From NCBI GenBank assembly GCA_002269645.1, contig NIVC01001752.1, positions 178,092 through 242,091 on the forward strand: 64,000 bases of DNA. Reading direction: 5' to 3'. A model generated the notes under the pieces. The model saw only the letters and a list, made by a program, of their open reading frames with translations, made no database searches and was not told the DNA's origin. Position numbers and translations under genes: made by a program. Shown here one piece after another: positions 1 to 11,800 of the stretch; the stretch's first letter is position 1; every line of letters begins with the position of its first letter. Source of the stretch: Macrostomum lignano. Taxonomy: Eukaryota.

Positions 1-54
1 AGCAGTCCAACCGAGAATATGGTAGTGATTTGCCTATTGGTGAAAGACTAATAC

Positions 55-1622
55 CGATGGGACAGGCTATCGATGGGACAGGCTATCGATGGGACAGGCT
101 ATCGATGGGACAGGCTATCGATGGGACAGGCTATCCATTAGATGAGCTACCGATGGGACAGGCTATCGATGGGACAGGCTATTGATGGGACAGGCTATCC
201 ATTAGATGAGCTACCGATGGGACAGGCTATCGATGGGACAGGCTATCGATGGGACAGGCTATCGATGGGACAGGCTATCGATGGGACAGGCTATCGATGG
301 GACAGGCTATCGATGGGACAGGCTATCCATTAGATGAGCTACCGATGGGACAGGCTATCGATGGGACAGGCTATCGATGGGACAGGCTATCGATGGGACA
401 GGCTATCGATGGGACAGGCTATCGATGGGACAGGCTATCCATTAGATGAGCTACCGATGGGACAGGCTATCGATGGGACAGGCTATTGATGGGACAGGCT
501 ATCCATTAGATGAGCTACCGATGGGACAGGCTATCGATGGGACAGGCTATCGATGGGACAGGCTATCGATGGGACAGGCTATCGATGGGACAGGCTATCC
601 ATTAGATGAGCTACCGATGGGACAGGCTATCGATGGGACAGGCTATTGATGGGACAGGCTATCCATTAGATGAGCTACCGATGGGACAGGCTATCGATGG
701 GACAGGCTATCGATGGGACAGGCTATCGATGGGACAGGCTATCGATGGGACAGGCTATCGATGGGACAGGCTATCGATGGGACAGGCTATCCATTAGATG
801 AGCTACCGATGGGACAGGCTATCGATGGGACAGGCTATTGATGGGACAGGCTATCCATTAGATGAGCTACCGATGGGACAGGCTATCGATGGGACAGGCT
901 ATCGATGGGACAGGCTATCGATGGGACAGGCTATCGATGGGACAGGCTATCGATGGGACAGGCTATCGATGGGACAGGCTATCGATGGACAGGCTATCGA
1001 TGGGACAGGCTATCGATGGGACAGGCTATCGATAGGACAGGCTATCGATGGGACAGGCTATCGATGGGACAGGCTATCGATGGGACAGGCTATCGATGGG
1101 ACAGGCTATCGATGGGACAGGCTATCGATGGGACAGGCTATCGATGGGACAGGCTATCGATGGGACAGGCTATCGATGGGACAGGCTATCGATGGGACAG
1201 GCTATCGATGGGACAGGCTATCGATGGGACAGGCTATCGATGGGACAGGCTATCGATGGGACAGGCTATCGATGGGACAGGCTATCGATGGGACAGGCTA
1301 TCGATGGACAGGCTATCGATGGGACAGGCTATCGATGGGACAGGCTATCGATGGGACAGGCTATCGATGGGACAGGCTATCGATGGGACAGGCTATCCAT
1401 TAGATGAGTTATCGATGGGACCGGCTATCCGTTAGATGAGTTACCGATGGGACAGACTATCCATTAGATGAGCTACCGATGGGACAGGCTATCCATTAGA
1501 TGAGCTACCGATGGGACAGGCTATCCATTAGATGAGCTACCGATGGGACAGGCTATCCATTAGATGAGCTACCGATGGGACAGGCTATCAATTAGATGAT
1601 CTACCGATGGGACAAGCTATCG
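55..1622. repeat. 16-bp minisatellite (CGATGGGACAGGCTAT)n with interspersed 16-bp variant CCATTAGATGAGCTAC, copy 1
   Basis: Directly visible tandem array. The MGQAIDGTGYRWDRLS ORFs are its translation. Confidence 0.97.
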
Positions 1623-1733
1623 TACATAAAGGACATGCCATACATGGAGAAACTTTTCATTTATAAGATTTTGAAGTGGCCGCATCGGCGGAGGCTGCGG
1701 TGGCTGCCGCTGCGTGTCCTTCGCTTCTTTCTG

Positions 1734-1908
1734 GACTTCACCGACTTTGCTGGCGCTCCCAATCGGCTGGACCCGCTGGTAGAGAAGCGAATCGAACGGC
1801 TGAGACGAGAGAGCCACCGAGATGAGGTGGAGAATCTGGGCGCAGCTACGGGTGTGGGCTACTACGATCACGGAGACCTTGGCAGGGAGGATCCGACTAG
1901 GAATCGCG
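1734..1908 (+). CDS. Putative partial exon DFTDFAGAPNRLDPLVEKRIERLRRE...EDPTRNR of an unknown gene
   Basis: Only one open frame, GC-rich, ends at a G|GTGAGC donor. A possible phase-matched acceptor TTTATAAG|AT follows the minisatellite. Product not recognised. Confidence 0.4.
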
Positions 1909-1965
1909 GTGAGCAGTCCAACCGAGAATATGGTAGTGATTTGCCTATTGGTGAAAGACTAATAC

Positions 1966-2925
1966 CGATGGGACAGGCTATCGATGGGACAGGCTATCGA
2001 TGGGACAGGCTATCGATGGGACAGGCTATCGATGGGACAGGCTATCGATGGGACAGGCTATCCATTAGATGAGCTACCGATGGGACAGGCTATCGATGGG
2101 ACAGGCTATTGATGGGACAGGCTATCCATTAGATGAGCTACCGATGGGACAGGCTATCGATGGGACAGGCTATCGATGGGACAGGCTATCGATGGGACAG
2201 GCTATCGATGGGACAGGCTATCGATGGGACAGGCTATCGATGGGACAGGCTATCGATGGGACAGGCTATCGATGGGACAGGCTATCGATGGGACAGGCTA
2301 TCGATGGGACAGGCTATCGATGGGACAGGCTATCGATGGGACAGGCTATCGATGGGACAGGCTATCGATGGGACAGGCTATCGATGGGACAGGCTATCGA
2401 TGGGACAGGCTATCGATGGGACAGGCTATCGATGGGACAGGCTATCGATGGGACAGGCTATCGATGGGACAGGCTATCGATGGGACAGGCTATCGATGGA
2501 CAGGCTATCGATGGGACAGGCTATCGATGGGACAGGCTATCGATGGGACAGGCTATCGATGGGACAGGCTATCGATGGGACAGGCTATCGATGGGACAGG
2601 CTATCGATGGGACAGGCTATCGATGGGACAGGCTATCGATGGGACAGGCTATCGATGGGACAGGCTATCGATGGGACAGGCTATCGATGGGACAGGCTAT
2701 CGATGGGACAGGCTATCGATGGGACAGGCTATCGATGGGACAGGCTATCGATGGGACAGGCTATCCATTAGATGAGTTATCGATGGGACCGGCTATCCGT
2801 TAGATGAGTTACCGATGGGACAGACTATCCATTAGATGAGCTACCGATGGGACAGGCTATCCATTAGATGAGCTACCGATGGGACAGGCTATCAATTAGA
2901 TGATCTACCGATGGGACAAGCTATC
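1966..2925. repeat. Same 16-bp minisatellite, copy 2
   Basis: Same unit and same unique flanks as copy 1. Confidence 0.97.
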
Positions 2926-4007
2926 GTACATAAAGGACATGCCATACATGGAGAAACTTTTCATTTATAAGATTTTGAAGTGGCCGCATCGGCGGAGGCT
3001 GCGGTGGCTGCCGCTGCGTGTCCTTCGCTTCTTTCTGAAAGCCGTCGCTTTTTATGCAGCTCTTTGGTCAATTGCCCTAGCTGAGCGGCCAGAGCGTCTT
3101 TGGCTGCTGCCGCTGCAGCCACAGGTGTTGGCACTCATTTAGCAGTGGAACAATTTCTTGAGAATTTCTTTTCTCGCTTGTCAATTTGTGTACTGAACAC
3201 AAAAACAGTATTTTATTAAATTATCAAATCTTACCCATGGGGAAAAATAGCGTGGTCTTTCTACTGTTAACCGGTTAGTGCGTTAGTGCAGATGCAGGAA
3301 TGTTTTTATCAAATATATTATATGCTACTTAAAGTAGGCAAAATGAGCGACTGGAGATTTTCATAAAAAATTCTTTTTTGCTAAAAGTAAGTAACTGAAA
3401 GCAAATTGCAGAAATCCTGATTTACCCTTGCCCATTTGCAGGAGTCACCACCAAAAACTAATATTTTGAGTAGCCGATCCATTAGATCGATTTGCTTCCG
3501 CTAATCCCCAAGGCACCTGCAACAGATTCTAGTCGATGTGTCTGAAGAGATTCAATTAAATCTGAAGAGATTATCCCCTTTTTGCAGAGTTTTATCCTCG
3601 GAGGGCAGAACTAACGGAATTTAAGCGGTATTATTTCAGCTAAAACTCGTATGTAATTTAAATTTCGATAGCTTGCTCAAATGAGGACGAGCTGATCCCT
3701 GCTTGCACTGGCAGGACTCTGAGGCGCACTCTAACTCCGATTGAAATCCGATCAGAATAGTTGCCATAGAAACGGAACAATTTACATTAGATGGACATGG
3801 TAATGCAAAAGGTTTTGACTGTAATGCAGCTTTATTGTCGATCAATGATTGACAAGAGGTTGTTATGCTTGTACAACAGTGAGACTCCTACCCGTTCGTC
3901 TCTTTTAAACCGTTTCATGTTTCCATCAAAGCGCTTAGTGACTGCATTTCTGATCCCGAGAAGTTGTTTTTTTCCCAAAGCCGGCTTACACATAGCTAGA
4001 TCCCATG

Positions 4008-4848
4008 CAGGGGCGTCGCCACCTGGGGTACAGGGGGGATCTGTCTCCCCCCTCCCGAGTAAAAGCTATAATTGGACATGCCAATACTATGCCCCCCCCG
4101 CCCAACCTTGGGATCCATTATGGAAATCAATAATTTTGCTTCAGGGCGCCAGTATATAGCGACTTCAGCGCTAAAATCAGTGTCTGCCTCTAGCGCCAAA
4201 ATGAGTGCCTCTGGCGCCATATTGAGTGCCTGCGGCGCCAAAATGAGTGACTGCGGCGCCAAATTGAGTGCCTGCGGTGCCAAAATGCAGTGCCAAAATG
4301 AGTGCTTGAAGAGCGAAAATGAGTGCCTGCGGCGCCAAATTGAGTGCCTGCGGTGCCAAAATGCAGTGCCAAAATGAGTGCTTGTAGAGCGAAAATGAGT
4401 GCCTGCGGCGCCAAATGAGTGCTTGCGGCGCCAAAATGAGTGCCTGCGGCGCCAAAATGAGTGACTGTGGCGCCAAAATGAGTGACTGCGGTGCTAAAAT
4501 GCAGTGCCAAAATGAGTGCTTGTAGAGCGAAAATGAGTGCCTGCGGCGCCAAAATGAGTGCCTGCGGCGCCAAAATGAGTACCTGCGGCGCCAAAATGAG
4601 TGCCTGCGGCGCCAAAATGAGTGACTGCGGCGCCAAATTGAGTGCCTGCGGTGCCAAAATGCAGTGCCAAAATGAGTGCTTGTAGAGCGAAAATGAGTGC
4701 CTGCGGCGCCAAATGAGTGCTTGCGGCGCCAAAATGAGTGCTTGCGGCGCCAAAATGAGTGCTATTACAACACCAATTCTCAAAACATTGTGCATGTAAA
4801 ATTTTTGGCCTTGTCCCCTCCCACCATAAAATCCATGACGCGCCCCTG
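4008..4848. mobile_element. Non-autonomous hAT-type MITE with internal 21-bp minisatellite (AAAATGAGTGCCTGCGGCGCC)
   Basis: TIR CAGGGGCG...CGCCCCTG; perfect 8-bp TSD ATCCCATG at 4000-4007 and 4849-4856. An 8-bp TSD is typical of hAT elements. Confidence 0.88.
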
Positions 4849-5627
4849 ATCCCATGCATTGCTTTGCTTGCCTTGCATATAAGATAGCCAACTTTATTCA
4901 ACAAATTTACCGCTAAACTAATTCACATTTGCTCAGTCCTCATCTCTGTTATCCAAGCATGTTTTACTTGCTCGATCAAGTCCTATCGCCATTACGTGCA
5001 CTTTAACAGCCGCTTAACTATCAGTCCCAGCCTCTCTCTCGTTGTCATTCATCCTGTTAGCCAAGCTCGCAGAACACTCCAACTCCAAATTTCCTATAGT
5101 CGCCCCCCCCCCTTTCCGCGTCAATCGGTTTCCACCGATTTCAAGCCCGTTAGCTCGTAAAAGTCCTCTCTGACCCTCCCCGCATCGCTAGCCAGCCTGA
5201 GCTGCAGTGGGGTTGGCAGGCTGCTAGGACCATGCAGTCTGCTTTGGCTTGGGGAGAGACGCAGACCAATGCTTGTGTTTCCCCTATGATGTGACTGGGC
5301 TATGCTGTACGCTCAGGTGAGAGAAACCCGACCCGTAGCATAACTATTAGTTGCTAGAGTGCCCACCTCCCCTCTGTCTGAAGCCAATCTCCGGCTCTCT
5401 CATTTCCTATTCTTCGTTCCATCTCTTCCCCCCCCCGCAATGTCTCAAACTACCTCCACCCCCGAACGTCGCCATTCGTTCGCCATACATCTGTTTCTTT
5501 CAAATGAAGCTAGATATAGCTACCACAGCTCCCAATTTTGGCTATCCAATTTTAAAAGAAACAATGCCGTATTTTGGAATAAATTTTCCACGAAATCACT
5601 AGGTAATTTGCTAGCGTCGGACAACAA

Positions 5628-7012
5628 ATGACTTCAGTGAGTCCAAGCATCACAGCAGAGCAACTGTCTAGCCAATTACGCCAGCTGAGCAAATGGCTTG
5701 CTCAGTGCAAACTGCTTACTAGGTACATAAGCAGTAGTCTGCAAAGCGGATCTGAAGCCAACATTCGAGGCGCTTCTCAACAGGTGAATGAGAAAATGTC
5801 TCCAAATGGTAACCATGTCTTGTATCTCTTTATGCTGGGAGGCTGCAAGCATGGACTACTCAATGACTAGAGACGGGAAACTGCAAGAATTGGAGGCCAA
5901 TTTATTAATAACTTAGTCCTCGAAAAAGCATAGTTTCAATAGGTTTCTACCACAGACGCAAAGTCACTGACTACAAGGTAAAACCTATCTACGCTCGTAA
6001 GTAATGCTTTTCGAGGACTAAGTTATTATTAATAGATCAGCCTCCAACTTCTGTAGGTAGTTTCCCGTCCCGAGTATTGAGAAGTCCCTTGCTGCAAGAT
6101 TGTCACTAGGGCTGGGGCCAACGCAGGCCAACCCCCCAAGGCACACAGAGATTAGAATGTCAGGTCCGCTGTACATCCTGTGTGAGCGTGTGTATGAGTA
6201 CGTACCTGCGTACAGTATTGGCGCATTTGGATGTGCTCAGAAGTCAGTGAAATGTCAGTAAATCTGGACGCAGTGAAAGCGCACTACCTTATATCCTACA
6301 GCACGCGTTAGGACACAGTTCACATAAATTTTAGCAACTTTAATTCACTGAACAGGTGGCAGAGGTCTGGTCTCGCCTGCTCGCAGCCCTGACTGTCACA
6401 GCGGACAATGCCCTGCCAACAGTGCAAGCCCAGCAGCAGCTGCAGCAGCGCCGGGCTCAAAGCAGCGATGCCGATGGAGATGGCGAGTCGTCCGCTTGGC
6501 GCGACTGGGAGGCGAGATTTGCAACTCTGCTGCAGCTAGCCGAGTCCACTGGAGACAACATGCAGCGAGCTCTCGCACTGATGGAGCTGGGGCCTAAAAG
6601 GCCTGTTCAGACTGGTCTCGGACCAGCTGATCGAAGGTTCTTCAACGTGACGATGAGCGGCAATGCTGCAAGGCAGAGATGCGCCATCGCTGCTGCAGCC
6701 CTGCCCGGTGAAGTCACACCTGCTGACGAGCCAGCAAGCTCGGGAGCTTCTGCCACTGCCGGCCCGTCCGAAGCGATAGCTCGACAACTTCGTCGAGACG
6801 TTCAAGCCTGCCGACGACTGGTGGACAGACTGCAGTCCGGAGTTCGAGTCGCGCATTGGACAGTTCAGTACGACTGCGATCTGGATTCGATCGCGAGAGA
6901 GAATGGAGAGCTGGACGATGATGACGACTGGGAGACTTTGGTTCTCGCTAATGAATCTGCCGCTGCTTCTTCTGGAGGCAAAGCCAAATCCTGTCTGTGC
7001 ATACCTTGCTAG
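5628..7012 (+). CDS. Two-exon orphan protein, about 270 aa, helical/Ala-rich, ending KSCLCIPC
   Basis: Exons 5628-5783 (CAG|GTGAAT, phase 0) and 6356-7012 (AACAG|GTG, phase 0). Frames join; composition is coding-like. Family not recognised. Confidence 0.65.
5853..6087. mobile_element. Foldback/MITE-like element with about 90-bp imperfect inverted arms, intronic
   Basis: GGACTACTCAAT..GACGGGAAAC..TAATAACTTAGTCCTCGAAAA is mirrored by TTTTCGAGGACTAAGTTATTA..GTTTCCCGTC..ATTGAGAAGTCC. Confidence 0.7.
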
Positions 7013-8027
7013 CGTTGTATGCGCACAGTATTGCAGAATTGAAGTAGTGCGCATGGTTTTCTGTAACTGCTCCGATGATAAACTTGACATTGAACGTCTC
7101 TTTTGACATTGAAGAAGTTTCGTTGTCTAAAAGATGCACCTAATCCTAAAAAATGCGCCTAATTGCCTGCAGAGATTTTACAAGCGAATACATTATATTC
7201 CAATTCGTAAAATTTCCTCTTTTGTTTGCTGTGTCTTCTATGCCTAAACAGGCATTGCGAAATGCTTTGTTCTAAATGTAAATGACACGTTTCTCAAATG
7301 CGAAGACCACTGCGATAATATTTCTATATGACGTAAGTACAATACATTCCATGAGAAGTTAAGCTGTGTTAAGAACACTCTTAGTTAATAACCCAATTCG
7401 TTGCAAAGTTGAATTACTTTTCCTCAATACATTCAGACAGAGCAGGAGTACTGCATGTACCGGTATGGGGAATATGTGGCTCGTGTATCAGACTCCGAAT
7501 AAGCAAAAAAGTCCGAAGAAGCATTCGTGCAGTTTTCTGTCGATATTGATCGAGAATGTTGATTGAGATATGCGTCGAAGAAAACTGAAAACCGTAGAGA
7601 TCTCTGCCTTGCTCTAAACTCGGAGGCTTTTCCCTGGCCTACCCCAATCTGCTACCTCCTGAGTACACGCAGCCTACCATCCCGGATGCAGATGCTTCTC
7701 TTACCAGTCTTTTGTTCCCCTTTTTCTGCAGAGTTATCGATTGTTCTGCATTCTCCATGACTGGTTGCTATATCTGTTCTGTTTAACTTACACCCTTATC
7801 CATCCTTGCTATTGTCTAGCATTGCAGATTTATTCAAATATTCATGCCTCTGCTAGACCATGAGTACAATTGGCGTAGCATAGCAACCCAGGATATCAAT
7901 TTTCAGCTGTACAGAAAATGCACTTTTCAACCACGCCAAGTTTGGACTGAGTTTGAAATAATTTGTTTCGGCATCGTATGGATTATTACGCTGCCTCACC
8001 CCGCGTAGTTGTGAAATGATGTTATTT

Positions 8028-8390
8028 ATTTTTTTATTAGAGGCAGGGGGGTTGTGTGCACCCTGGCGCACTTTAAGCTCTACATGGGCACACAACCGGC
8101 GAGAGGCATTACTGCCCATTCCGCCGACTCCCCTGAGCAGGCATACAAGCGCGCGGATACGTACGCAGGCACACACTCACACAGGAGTGTACAGCGGCCC
8201 TAACTTTATATTATCGTTAGGCATGTACACTTCACTGCGCCTTGGGGGGTTGGCTCTCAAGGCCGTTAATTGCACGAGCAGAGCCAAGCCGAGATTCCAA
8301 TTCAGCCCCAAATTAATGTGGCTACACTTGGAATCGAGCCTGGGTCGCTTGCACCAGAGCAGCTGCTACCGCTGGGCTACGGCCCCCCTG
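8028..8390. mobile_element. Probable MITE remnant (right end GGGCTACGGCCCCCCTG, hAT-like) flanked by an 18-bp direct repeat
   Basis: TGTGAAATGATGTTATTT at 8010-8027 and 8389-8406. The left TIR is not clean. Confidence 0.5.
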
Positions 8391-8829
8391 TGAAATGATG
8401 TTATTTGGATCATCAAAACGAGAGATGTAATAAAAAATACGAACGAAATACTACTTTTGGGACAGCCCTCCTATTTACTCAGTGACTACTAAATACTCTT
8501 TACTAAGTATTACTAAGTAAGTAAATCTAAATACTAAATGTTATTAAGTGTATGTGCGTATCTATCTCTGTGAAAGATCATCTACCGGAGTACAAAAAAT
8601 GTCCCGCGCAACTACTGAACTTTGACTTTTATCAGCGGAGTAGTCAGCTCAGAAACCTTTTTCCATTCATACGAAATCTTCAGTCTATGGTCCGTGTCAA
8701 TGGCCTGCGAATTAAGTACGAAGCTAGCGTGTTAGCAGAGAATTTCTCTTCACGTTTCCCTAAGTAGTTCCCCGCACCGCAGGCACTATAGAATTCACTA
8801 TTTCAGCCAAGGCAATATAAGCCTGCACA

Positions 8830-11800
8830 ATGGTAAACCACCAGGCGGATGCATCAGTCGACAGAATCAGGGAAGTCAGACGAAGACTTGTCCAGGACCT
8901 ACTCAATGGCATTGAGCCTGATCCCAGAGCGTTAGACCCTACAGCGGATATTGAAGACAACCGTCAATTCAGCTCGCCAATTCTGCAAAAGCTGTACACC
9001 ACGGTGGAGCAATTCGGTGCTAGGAGCACCATACACGGTTTGCAGCACATCTTCCATTCCAGGGAGCTGACTCGCCGGATATTCTGGCTGGTTCTGATGC
9101 TGGTCGCATTGTGTCTGGGCCTGGCGCACATGCACGCTACTGCGATGGAATTTCTAAGCAATCCACTGACTTCCCAGCTGAAACTAATGAGCGAGCAGGT
9201 GAAATTTCCAGACATCACTTTGTGCAACTTGAAGCCAGCCTCCGAGTCGATGTCTCTGGCTCCGGAGTTTCGCCAGTACATCCGCGATAAATGGGGCTAC
9301 TTCGACAATTGGTATGTCGAAGAGAGGAAACGAAGAGGGAACGAGAGCAAAGTGAACTTTTATGAACGAGCGCGGCTTGTGTTCGGCCGGCTGTTCCAGA
9401 TCCTGTGGGTCTCTGGTGACTCGCGCGATATCGGAGTCCTGGACGTCACCCTTCTTCTGGATTGCTCCTACAACAGCATGAAATGTCACCAAAAGAACTT
9501 CAGTCTGAGGCAGAATTATCGCTTTTGGAATTGTTACACGTTCTTCGTGCACAAGGACAACTTGGTCACGGGAAAGGGCGGCAAGGGGGCCGAACTTGAC
9601 TTGGTGCTGTTCACTGACAACCACAACACCGTACGACTCGAGGATTTGGACGGCAGCGCTAGGCAGAAAAATCTCAGCACTGGAATCTATAAGAGAAGTC
9701 GGCAGACGGAAGAGCAGGTTAATTTTATTAATTTATTTAACCTCAGAGGTGCTACTTTCCTTTAGGGAGGCAACAAAGAGGGAATAAATTTAGAAATAAA
9801 GATACTCCATATGAAAAGGGCCTTGAGCCAGTGCATCTCTGAAACCAATCCTTAAGCCATGGCTTAACTATAGAGCCTTAAACTAGCTCTTCCATTGATT
9901 CTTTGCATGTGAGCAACGCCCACTAAGACCCTTTGCATCTGAGCAGTTTTCCATGAGCCTGAAGTAAACTTCTTTTTTGGTGCAGCAACATGCCCAATAA
10001 AGTTCAAGTTCAAATGCAACCTTGGTTAATCAAAAAAGCATGGTGCTATGTTGTTAACTCTTATACAGGAACCGATATCACTGAAAGAATTGCTCAACGA
10101 GGCCACAGGACTCAACCACCTGCTCACTGAAGGCAGCTACGAACCCGGCGGATTTCGCGTCTTTATCCACGAGAGGAAGCTGTACCCGATGCTCAGTGAG
10201 TAGTTTTTGACGGTTGAACTACATTCGACCCTCCATTGACTGGGGGTTGCCGCTTGCCGCACACATGCGCACACACACACACCCACACCCACCAATCACC
10301 AACTAAACCTAACAAGGCTTTCGCACCAGGTGCGCCAAAAACAGGGGCGCCAGAACCAGGTGCGCCAAAGCGGGCGCACTACAATGGACTTAAAACCATC
10401 CAGACGCTTACCAAATCCAATGCAGGTCGCGAGTTCGTGGACGTGCAGTCAGGGACCAAATCAATAATTAAATTGCGACCCTTGCAGCATTCGCTGCTCT
10501 CCAGCGCCGCGCACCAGTGCACACCGAGAAGCGCCGCAGAAAATGTGTCTTACGTCCGTTACTTTGCTCACGGATCCAAGCATATTGGACACAAAAAATA
10601 TCAGAAAACTGATAGCGACTTTGTGGCTGAAGAGAAACAGAATCTCGTGCATGAAAACTGCGGCTGCTATTCTCACAGGTGGGCGTTATGCTGAGTGGTA
10701 TGACATAATGATAAGCGTACTTACGATTAACAAACTGTTCTAAGAATGTCACTCTGTCCCAATGTCACTCTGTCCGAACGTCACTCTGTCCGAATGCCAC
10801 TCTGTCCGAATGTCACTCTGTCCCAATGTCACTCTGTCCGAACGTCACTCTGTCCGAATGCCACTCTGTCCGAATGTCACTCTGTCCGAATGTCACTCTG
10901 TCCGAATGTCACTCTGTCCGAATGTCACTCTGTCCGAATGTCACTCTGTCCGAATGTCACTCTGTCCGAATGTCACTCTGTCCGAATGTCACTCTGTCCG
11001 AATGTCACTCTGTCCGAATGTCATCGTATCAGGTTGAAGTCACTTTTGGCCACAAATTTCAGGTACCCATTCACAGTAGACAACAGTGAGCTGTGCTACT
11101 ATGTGCCACCATCCAGCTGGAAGACTCCCCCTGAGCAGGTGCTCAGGAAAATCCGATGTCACGATCGCTGGATCCTAGACGCCGAGAAGCGAACTTACGA
11201 GCTGATGCAGAAATTTCATTCGAAAAGATTCTGCGAGTTCACTCTGTACCGACCCTTGGAGCAGAGCAGCTCGTGGCCTCGTTTTGAGCACGTTCAAGAC
11301 ATTTGGACGGATTTCATCGCCCCGAAAATCGCCTCCGGCAAAGAGTTCACGATGGAATGCGGGCACAATCACCACATCTTCAACAGGACCGAAACTGCAG
11401 CCTTTAATCGGTTGGGATTTGAGTTGGCCTTGGGACATTGGGGAATGATGAATATAGATATCAGACATTGGTGAATGATGAATAAAGATATCAGACATTG
11501 GTGAATGATGAATAAAGATATCAGACATTGGTGAATGATGAATAAAGATATCAGACATTGGTGAATGATGAATAAAGATATCAGACATTGGTGAATGATG
11601 AATAAAGATATCAGACATTGGTGAATGATGAATAAAGATATCAGACATTGGTGAATGATGAATAAAGATATCAGACATTGGGGAATGATGAATATAGATA
11701 TCAGACATTGCTGAATGATGAATATAGATATCAGACATTGGGGAATGATGAATATAGATATCAGACATTGGTGAATGATGAATATAGATATCAGACATTG

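Larger units (their letters stand above)
1..3037. repeat. Tandem segmental duplication; junction at 1733/1734
   Basis: Positions 1-54 match 1912-1965. The unique block ending TTCGCTTCTTTCTG occurs at about 1622-1733 and 2926-3037, then diverges (GACTTC vs AAAGCC). The units are about 1911 and 1304 bp and differ in array length. Confidence 0.9.
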
